This document shows positions 54,561 through 64,000 of a stretch of 64,000 nt of DNA, piece by piece; position 1 is the stretch's first letter, and each line of letters starts with the position of its first letter. Below the pieces are notes generated by a model. It was given only the letters and a program-made list of their open reading frames with translations. It ran no database searches and was not told where the DNA came from. Source of the DNA: Eledone cirrhosa (lineage: Eukaryota); NCBI GenBank assembly GCA_964016885.1, contig OZ024755.1, positions 16,554,001-16,618,000 on the forward strand. Reading direction: 5' to 3'. Both the position numbers and the translations under genes were made by a program.

Positions 54561-54790
54561 TGCAAAATAATTCATTGGTACTGGACCTTACACAAGTATT
54601 TGGTTTAACACCACCATATCATTTTGGGGGCATTTTTAAAGGAGTTAACTTTATTGACAGTATTTAAACTAAACCCCTATTGAATTCATGCCTGCATTTT
54701 TTCCTGAAATCATTGACCTACAGTTGTTCAGTTGGGTGTTGCCAAATATCTGTTTCACCTGTCAGAGAGGAACTGCAAATGTCATTGACA

Positions 54791-55003
54791 CTAACCCTTT
54801 AACATTTACATTACTTTATATTTACTATTATATTTTCACAGTAAAGCCGTTATCTCACATAATATCGAATCTATGAAATTTTGATATTTATTTTGAGAAC
54901 AACACCTTAATATCAGTATGAGCGGCTGGTTATAGTCTGTTTGAACAGAAAGAGGTGAGAGAGTTCTGGCCGGATATAGCCGGTTTAAATGCTAAAGGGT
55001 TAA
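54791..55003. mobile_element. piggyBac-like MITE, copy 4
   Basis: ctaa-ccctttaacattta...taaatgctaaaggg-TTAA. Confidence 0.7.
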
Positions 55004-55596
55004 TCCCTGAATAACTTTATTTTAAAACAATTCTATCCAGAAGAATTAGGGGAGCAAGCACATGCATATTTCTGAAGGTGTTGTGAAGATAGAGTCTTTT
55101 ACTTTTGAAATATTTAGAACAAAATGTTGAAAAACTCTTCAGTTATGTTAAAGACATGAGAACCCCCTTAGTTTTGGGCCATTTTCTCTGCTAATGCAAG
55201 AGGTTAGCGTTGCAAGGGTTCCATGACAGGTTTCATACACATCTTGTCATTTTCCTATGTGTAGAGTAGTCAAGGTATGATGAGGCAGATTTGGCTACTA
55301 TTTCTAGCAAGATAGCACAACCATATAGAGTTACTCTTGCTGGTTTGTTTGCACATAGTTGTACTTGCATCATGTTTGCTATGTGTATGCACCCGGATGT
55401 ATACACACATGCACCCAGATGCATAAACACAGAGTTTTGATGGGGGCTATTTGTCCAACCCAGCAATGTTTGAAATATCTAACCATGTCATTGTGTCCCA
55501 GACTATGTATGAATCACACTTTGCTATATTTTATATTGGTGGAAATATTACAACTGCCCGCTCTTTTATGGATCAAGACTTTTTATCCTTTCCTAA

Positions 55597-55810
55597 TCAT
55601 CATCATCATCGTCGTCGTTTTTATGTCCATTTTTCCACGCTTGCATGGGTTGGATGGGTCCTTTTCAGCACAACATCTCTCCACTCGTCGCTTTCTTTTG
55701 CCATCTCCTCTATGAGTCTTAGTGATTTGAGGTCAATTCTCACCACCTCTGCCCAGGTCTTTCTTGATCTACTACGGTTTCCTACCACTGGCATTTCCTG
55801 ACCCAATGAC
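55597..55810 (-). mobile_element. RTE LINE 3' end
   Basis: GNRSRSRKTWAEVVRIDLKSLRLIEEMAKESDEWRDVV, an RTE ORF C-terminal motif, followed by an ATG-repeat tail. Confidence 0.7.
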
Positions 55811-55939
55811 CATTCCAATAATCTACATTTTCTTAAGGTTATCAATATAAAACACTGTCTCATAATTTGTTTTCTGGGAGTCTTTAAAACTTTGATTCAT
55901 TCTAGATCGCATAGAAATTCTTTTACCATCATCATCATT

Positions 55940-56144
55940 GTTGTTTTATGTCTGTATTTTATGGCATGGCTTGGACAGGGTGTTATGGTCCAAGGCTAAA
56001 TGGGTAGAGTAAATATCTGGTTTTATGTCTGTATTTTATGTGTGTGTGTGTGTGTGGAGGAGGAGGTATGCTGGCATGGGTTGGACAGGGTGTTATGGTC
56101 CAAGGCTAAATGGGTAGAGTAAATATCTGGTTTTATGTCTGTAT

Positions 56145-56209
<65 letters not shown>

Positions 56210-56284
56210 AGGAGGGGGTATGCTGGCATGGGTTGGACAGGATGTTATGGTCCAAGGCTAAATGGGTAGAGTAAATATCTGGTT
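55940..56284. repeat. Three-copy tandem duplication with (GT)n spacers
   Basis: ggcatgggttggacagggtgttatggtccaaggctaaatgggtagagtaaatatctgg, three times. Confidence 0.8.
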
Positions 56285-57513
56285 GTGAAACATTGGTTCA
56301 AAAATGATCCCATGCCATAGTGTAAGTGGGGAGGGGTGGCTGTATGGATTACCCCTGCTTTAAGCAGAGAAATGGGGCCTTAAAACACTTGTTGCATTGT
56401 TGTCTGTATACCAATGTAACCCACCACCACTCCTACCGCACCCGCTCCTGTGTAAATATCATGTGGGCTTTACTCAACAAAGGGAGGTAACTGAATGTAA
56501 ATTCAGCCATTTGCCAAGTATGGATACCAGACTAAGTAAGCAAACTAGAGTGGATATAATTTGACTGATTAACTGATGGTGGTGGTAGTATGGTGGGTGG
56601 TTGGTGGTAGTGGTGGTAGTAGTGGTGGTGAAGGCAGTGCTGCCCCAGTATGGCCACAGTGGAAGAGATGATCACATAGCTTCTATGTATGGTACAAGTG
56701 AATGTGGAAGCTTCTGTTTAAAGAATGTGGTGGTGGTAGGGAATGTTGTTGGGGGAGAAGGTCAGTGAGAGAGGTGCAAGAGAAGTAGTGGTAAAACACA
56801 TATGGAATGAGGGAGGAGGAGGAAGGGGAGGGCAGGATCTTAGAGTTTGAGGATGGTAAGAGGAAAGATAGAAAAGGAGAGGGAGTAATGGTCTCTCATC
56901 TTTCAAAACTGGTGGTGATGATGGCGATGGTAATGGTGGTGGTGGTGGTGGTGGTGGTATTGGTGGTGGTGGTGGTGGTGGTGGTATTGATGGTGATGGT
57001 GGATAGTGGTTGGCAGTGTAGAGAGGAAGAAGGGTTGTGTGTGTAGAGTGGGGGGTGAGGGCAGAGATGGGTATATATGGGGTGAGGGTGAGAGATGTGT
57101 GTTTATGGGGTGAGGGAGGTTTGAAAGGAAGAAGATGGAGCTCACAGCTGTTGGTTTGGAGGAAGCTGGCAACCAGATGGGCTGTGTGGGTGGACAAAGG
57201 TGATGAAGATGAAGTCTCAGAGGAAGGAGGATCTGATTAATTGCCATGGTGGAGCAAGAGATGGTGTTGGTGGTGGTGGTAGCAGAGGAGGGGTGTGGGG
57301 GTGGGGGAACACATATATACAGATGAGGAGGAGGAGGAGAACTTGAGCTATTGAAGCACATACTTATACACATATACACATACATTTAAATATACATACA
57401 CATACATATATACATGCATATACATTCATACACAAACACACACATACATATACACACACATATATATATATATATATATACACATACATAGACATACATA
57501 CATAGAAATATAT

Positions 57514-57560
<47 letters not shown>

Positions 57561-58118
57561 CATACATATACATAGAAATATATACAAACATACACACACA
57601 TACATATACACATACATTTTGGCAGATAATAGCAACAGGAACACCCTCCTCCACCTGCAATACCAGAACTGCTGCTGCTACCACCACTACCATAATCATC
57701 ATAGTCAACATCATCTTCATTACTGGCCACCATCACTACCAAATATTCTTCTCTCTCTCTCTCTTCTTCTATTTATCTCTATCTCTCTATATCTCTATCT
57801 CTCTATATCTCTATCTCTCTATCTCTCTATATCTCTATCTCTCTATCTCTCTATCTCTCTGGCTTACTTCAAGTGACCTTCATTGCAAAGGGAACAGGAA
57901 GTTGGTTACTCTGCTACCAAATTGATTTCATGGAACAAAAAACTTCTGGTAGTCTAATTGAACTGAACTTGTGCTATTTTATTGTAATTTTGTTGCCTCT
58001 TTTCCCTGCTTTTATTTTTTTACTTTACTTTACTTACACATGCATGCACATACACAAACACACATATATGTAGTGTGTGTTTATATATATATATATATAT
58101 ATTGTGTGTGTGTGTATA

Positions 58119-58162
<44 letters not shown>

Positions 58163-60071
58163 TAGAGAGAGAGAAGATACTACTAATTGAAACCCATTGT
58201 TCATTTAAGGAAAGTAGAGTGTAGATATTATTATAAGATGTATAAGCCCTACAGTCAAGCTTGACATGTAAACAGTTTAAGTCTGGTCAAGATGACTCTT
58301 CAGTAGCACCAAGAGCAAAACAAACCCTTCAGTCTTGGTCATCTACATGATAAATGCCCCCATTACATTCTTGAAACCTGCCAAACTAGAGGCCAGGAGG
58401 ACTTTTTCAACTGTGTCAAAGTTATGGCAACCTCTCCTGCCAGATTTGGATGCCTTAAAATGGGCCATGAGCACTGCCCTTCCTTTCCAGCTGGTGATCT
58501 TAACCTAGGTGACAGTTAAGGTGACAGTGAGCTTGAACTTTAAAATGCAAAGAGCTGAAACAATGTATCAGATTGTATCCATGCTGTAACAAAATCTGTT
58601 CATCCATTGCCCTGAACCAGTGCTGGACTTACCTAGAAGCTAAATAACAGTTCTGTATGAGCAAGAGGTGGTCATTTGATCTGGCTTGTCTCATAACAGG
58701 ACAACTCGTTTAACCCATGCTAGTATGGGAAATATACTCATTAAATGGTGATGTTGATGATGATATATATTATTTATTCTTTACCATACCATTAACATTA
58801 ATATAAAAAATAATAATCCTGTATAATTACATTAAATTATTTTAAACCAAATTCTTTTTAGAGAAGGGCTTCAAATTTTATATAGCTTAGGGCCTCAGCA
58901 GGTGGAAATCCAGCCCTGTCCTGAACTGATATTGTATTTTATCATCTCTGGAAGGATAAAACGAAAAAAAAAATGTCTTCAGTGAGACATGAACTCAGAG
59001 GATAGAGTCAGGACAAATAAGACAAGGCTCTACTGACTATGCCAACTTGTCAACTATGGTTGAATAAAATCAGAACATGTGATGTGTTAGTACAAACTGA
59101 ATTGGTCTTTTTACCCATGCCACATCACAAAAAGTTACCTTGTGCTTCAGAAACTAAACATTATTTAAAATGTAGCATTGTATGGTGATAGTAAATTCTT
59201 ACTGAATGGAAGATGCTACAGTCTGGTTTTGATTACTTGTTCACACAAGTAGATTTATTTCTATAGGATTCTTTCAAAATAGCTGCAGAAACTGTTTCTC
59301 GAAATGGATGTAAACACCAGGTTGTTTGTAATGAATGCAATATAGTATGTTTGTCGACAATCACTGGAGACAAATATATTATGAGAAAGGACAATGTGAC
59401 TTGGTGGTTCAGTCATGAAATGGTATGCCATTCTTTTGTTTGGTTCTGAATAATGTCATCTAAAGAACCTCTCACTGATAGAAATATCTAGGTAAATGCT
59501 AAAGGAAAGATTTACTCACAACTGTTTGGTCAAAATAATATACATGTGTGATTGTTGGTATTTCTGGCTTCTCGGTAAATGGTTTAGGGGTTAAGATGTT
59601 TGGCTCGAGGTCATAGGATCATGGGTTCGATTCCTAAACCAGATGATGCATTTTTTTTCTTGGGCAAGGCACTTAATTTAATATTGTTCTTGTTAACTTA
59701 AAAAATGAATACTACATAACTGCAACACAATGAAAAGTGAGACTTATTCCTCCTCAGAGCCAGAAAATACTTTGTCACTCTTGAAGACTTGATGATCTTC
59801 TAAAAACTACAAAGGGTGCATCCTACATTAGAGCACTATACACATGTATGACACAGTGCCACTGCTATTTTACACAAAAAGTCATCCATCAGCTAACAAA
59901 AGAACATTTACATGGTCACTATTATATGTGTATATATATGTGTGTGTGTGTGAGTATATAAATATGTATGTGTATATGTATATATAAATGTGTGTGTGTG
60001 TATATATATATTTACACACTGTACACACACATATATACACACATATATATATACATGCGCGCACACATATT

Positions 60072-60102
<31 letters not shown>

Positions 60103-60494
60103 CTGCGCATACATGCACGCATGTGTATGTACACATGTATGTGGCTATATGTGTGTATGAAGTGAGTGCCTCTCTATGGATATGTGCAGCTTGTTTGTCT
60201 CCTGCTATGTTCTGTGTGTATATCTGTATGTATGTATCTGTATATGTTGTTGTTATATTTACTTTTTTATGCGTGGTCCCTCTCTGGCAACTATGTCATT
60301 TGATGTCACATGACTTTTGTCTAGCTGCAAATGTCAACCCAAAGGACATGTGGAAGTGAAGAAGAGGGGAAAAAATTCTAATGAAATTTACAGGCTGAAG
60401 ATAATTAACTAGAAAATCTTTCAGTCTCTCTCTCTCTCTCCTCTGTCTCTCTCTCTATTATTTTTTGCCTTCTCTTTCTCTTTCTAAATATATA

Positions 60495-60583
<89 letters not shown>

Positions 60584-60676
60584 TCATACACAGATATATA
60601 TATATATATATATATAAATATGTGTGTGTGTGTAGGTATATATATCCCCTTCTCTCTCTCTCTCTGTATGTATGTG

Positions 60677-60743
<67 letters not shown>

Positions 60744-60744
60744 T

Positions 60745-60784
<40 letters not shown>

Positions 60785-61008
60785 CTCACACACACACATA
60801 TATATATATATAAAACATCGTCCTCACACTCATTGCTACCATCATTTTACATCCGTATTTATGTGCATGCATGGGTTGGACAGTTTTTCCCCAGTACAGT
60901 ATCTCTCCACTTTTTATGGTTCTTTATCATAGGTTTTAGGTTCAGTCTCCCAAGATCCACCTTCAATAGATCTTCTCTTGTTTCTCTTGGTGTCCATGTT
61001 TCTTCCAT

Positions 61009-61442
61009 TTAACCCTTTGGCATTTACATTACTCTATATATACTATTATATTTTCATGTTAAACACTTTATCTCATATAATTATCTCACATAATATCGAA
61101 TCTGTGATATTTTGATATTATTTATTTTGAGAACAATACCTTAACATCAGTATGAGCAGCTGGTTACTGATGGTTTGAACAGGAAGAGGTGAGAGAATTC
61201 TGGCCGGATACAGCCGGTTTAATCCTTTAGCATTTACATGACTCTATATATATCATACTATTGTATTTTTTGTGGTTAAAGGCTTTATCTCACATAATAT
61301 CGAATCTACAAGATTATAATGTTATTTATTTTGAGAACAATACCTTAAAGTAAGTATGAGTGGCCAGTTACAGCCAGTTTAAATAGAAAGAGGTGAGAGA
61401 ATTGTGGTCAGTTTCGGCCGGTTTAAATGCTAAAGAGTTCAA
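61009..61442. mobile_element. piggyBac-like MITE, head-to-tail dimer (copies 5 and 6)
   Basis: Two units joined at the TTAA at 61219-61222. Confidence 0.7.
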
Positions 61443-61687
61443 TTGTTTGGCCTGTTCTCTGTAAGCCTGGAACCAGCTCCAATTCTTTATATGACCTCGT
61501 GGTTAATGTGTTTGACTCACAATCATAGAATCATGGGTTTGATTCTTTGACTGAGTGTCACATTGTGTTCTTGAGCAAGATACTTCATTCATTTCATGTT
61601 GTTTTCCACAATAAGACTGGGGTCCCTATCATTAAAGCACCCAAGAAATTTACTATGAAATGCAACCTTGTAGGAAGCCAGCTAAAC

Positions 61688-61851
61688 CTAGCTGATCAAG
61701 ATACTCTCATGGAATTACCAAATAGCCTATGAACTTTTCAGCTGACCCTCGTCAATGTGAACAGTAAATATCAATTAATGCATGCAATATTTCACAGCTT
61801 TAGCATCAATCCTTCATAGTCAGCCTACGAACCTTTCAGCTGACCGTCGTA
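61688..61851. mobile_element. Rearranged mariner-type MITE fragments
   Basis: Two copies of the end agcctatgaacttttcagctgaccctcgt. Confidence 0.5.
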
Positions 61852-62807
61852 GGTGTGAACAGTAAATTCATTTTTTTTTTCTTTTATCGAAATATGATAT
61901 AACATACATATAGGCCATGGGAAAGACTAAACGAAAGCAAAATCAAATCAAATCAAAAGTGGGCCATTATATAAAGAAGCTGTTGATCTCTGCTTTAGAC
62001 TGAGGTGTGGACTAAAAACTAGTTTTCAAAGGTTTAATTTTATATTTTCTTTTCTTTACTTACTTATTTAGTTTTTGCAGTAGAGAATGTAATCAGCTGT
62101 GTGTGAGCCCTTGGCAACATTTGTTACAATGACTAAAAAAAAAACAAAAAAAACAAAACACAACAAGCCTGAAAAAAATTTAGTATCACGCACTTTGTAT
62201 TTTGTATTGACTAGATTTAAAACATTATGCCAAAAAAAACAAAAAAACCCTCCAAAACCCCCAAAAAACAAGAACAAAAGAGAAAAACACTTTAACAGAA
62301 AATGTTCTCTCGAATGTGTGTTACATAACATGATGGCCCCTTAACACCTTAAAAACATATAAAAACAAAACAGTAGGTTGTAATGGTGGGGCTGGGGGCA
62401 ATAGCATTGTGGGGTAAATGTGTCTCAATACAGTGAGTCATGACATGACTGACCTCCAAAAGATGTATTCCAGGTTAATCTGTTGCTTTTAGATTGTCCT
62501 AAACCATAATTTCAGATTCCTTAGAGACTTTATATTTATTTATTTATATATATATTTATCTATATATATTAGTTTATTTATTTATAGGTTTGTTTATTTT
62601 TTTTATCTATAGATTTATTTGTTTATGTATATATATATATTTATTTATTTCTGTGTTGAAAGGGGAAAAACTGCCCATGGCTTTTGATGGCCTTTTCTGT
62701 TGGGTAGGTGGTTGGATCAGTGAGAATACAGTATGACAAACACAGTTAATGTGGAGTTTAAAAGATTGGAGGCCATTGTATTTTGTTTACTGTGTATATA
62801 GATATGT

Positions 62808-63141
62808 GGAGGCGCATGGCTTAGTGGTTAGAGCATTGGGCTTGCAATTGAAAGGTTGTGAGTTAGATTCTCGGACCGGGTGATGCGTTGTGTCTTTGAG
62901 AAAGACACTTTATTTCACGTTGCTCCAGTTTACTCAGCTGTAGAAATGAGTTGCGATATCACTGGTGCCAAGCTGTATCAGCCATAGCCTTTCCCTTCGA
63001 CATCATCGGTGGCATGGAGGGGGAAGGCTGGTATGCATGGGCGACTGCTGGTTTCCACAAACAACTTTGCCCGGATTTGTGCCTCGGAGAGAAACTTTCT
63101 AGGTTCAAATCACATGGTCATTAATGACCAAAGGGGGTCTT
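62808..63141 (+). mobile_element. tRNA-derived SINE with the same head and a different 3' body
   Basis: The head matches 47512 up to gctgtagaaatgag. The body is shared with 25478-25775 (-) and the tail with 23620-23670. Confidence 0.8.
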
Positions 63142-63738
63142 CGATAGAGATATGTGTGTATATATGTGTGTCAAGTTGTGTGGGTGTCACCATCATCATC
63201 ACCACTGTTTTATGTCCATTTTTCCATGTTGCTATGGGTTAGATGGGGATATACATAGACATACGTGTGTGTGTATGTAAGTGTGCATGTGTTTATATAG
63301 GCACAGTCATGGCTATGTGGTTAAGGTGTTCACTCTTAAACAACATAGTTAGTTTCAATATCTTTTCTTTCATGTAACAGTTGTATTTAGACATTCAACA
63401 TAACAACAGTACACTGAATGGCTATGTGGTCTCCCATAAAAGGTACATGGCTTAGTGGTTAGGGTGTCTGGTTCATGATCACATGGTCATGAGTTTGATT
63501 CCCAGAGGTGCATTACTTTATTCACTTTACATTATTCAGAAAGATAATGTTTGGAACATAACTTAATAAAAAAAATTCTTACTTGAAGCTATAATGAAAA
63601 GTTTGAATTAGAGGTTTTGTATTACAAAAGCAGATATATAGCAGTACCCCAACATGGCCTCAGGCTTTTGGCTGGAACATGTAATAGAGTAATAGTTTCA
63701 GGTGAGTTGTTGTCAAGAGGGTTAATTCATCACTTGGT

Positions 63739-63910
63739 TTAACCCTTTAGCAGTCACATTATTCTATATTTATTATTGTATTTTCATGGTAAACACTTTA
63801 TCTCTCATAATATCGAATCTATGAGATTTTGATATTATTTATTTTGAGAACAATACCTTAACATAAGTATGAGCAGCCAGTTACGACCGGTTTAAATACT
63901 AAAGGTTTAA
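63739..63910. mobile_element. piggyBac-like MITE, copy 7 (internally deleted)
   Basis: TTAA-ccctttagca...taaatactaaaggt-TTAA. Confidence 0.65.
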
Positions 63911-64000
63911 CACCATCACCTGGTCCTTCAGGTCCTTAGATGGCTTCAGCAGACTCAACTCTGATTTTTATGATATTCAGATCTTCAATTCGGTATTTGT

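Overview
AT-rich, microsatellite-saturated animal genomic DNA. The SINE and repeat repertoire points to an octopus/coleoid cephalopod, which is an inference. Only one coding exon is secure: an EVH1-domain exon of a Spred (Sprouty-related) gene at 37288-37492 (+), so much of the window is probably Spred intron or upstream sequence. There is an intact tRNA-Gln(TTG) gene at 47428-47499. The rest is tRNA-derived SINEs, RTE-LINE remnants, Tc1/mariner and TTAA-type (piggyBac-like) MITEs, minisatellites and simple repeats. Nearly all ORFs in the supplied track are microsatellite artefacts. The most striking signal is a dense set of short elements embedded in (TA)n tracts that carry type I hammerhead ribozyme motifs (CTGATGA...GAAA...NUH with paired stems). 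Several fold back into long palindromes with ~171-bp arms, and a shared ACTC...GAGT(A/G)C motif lies downstream. This is best read as several families of Penelope-like element termini. Repeat boundaries were read by eye and are approximate.
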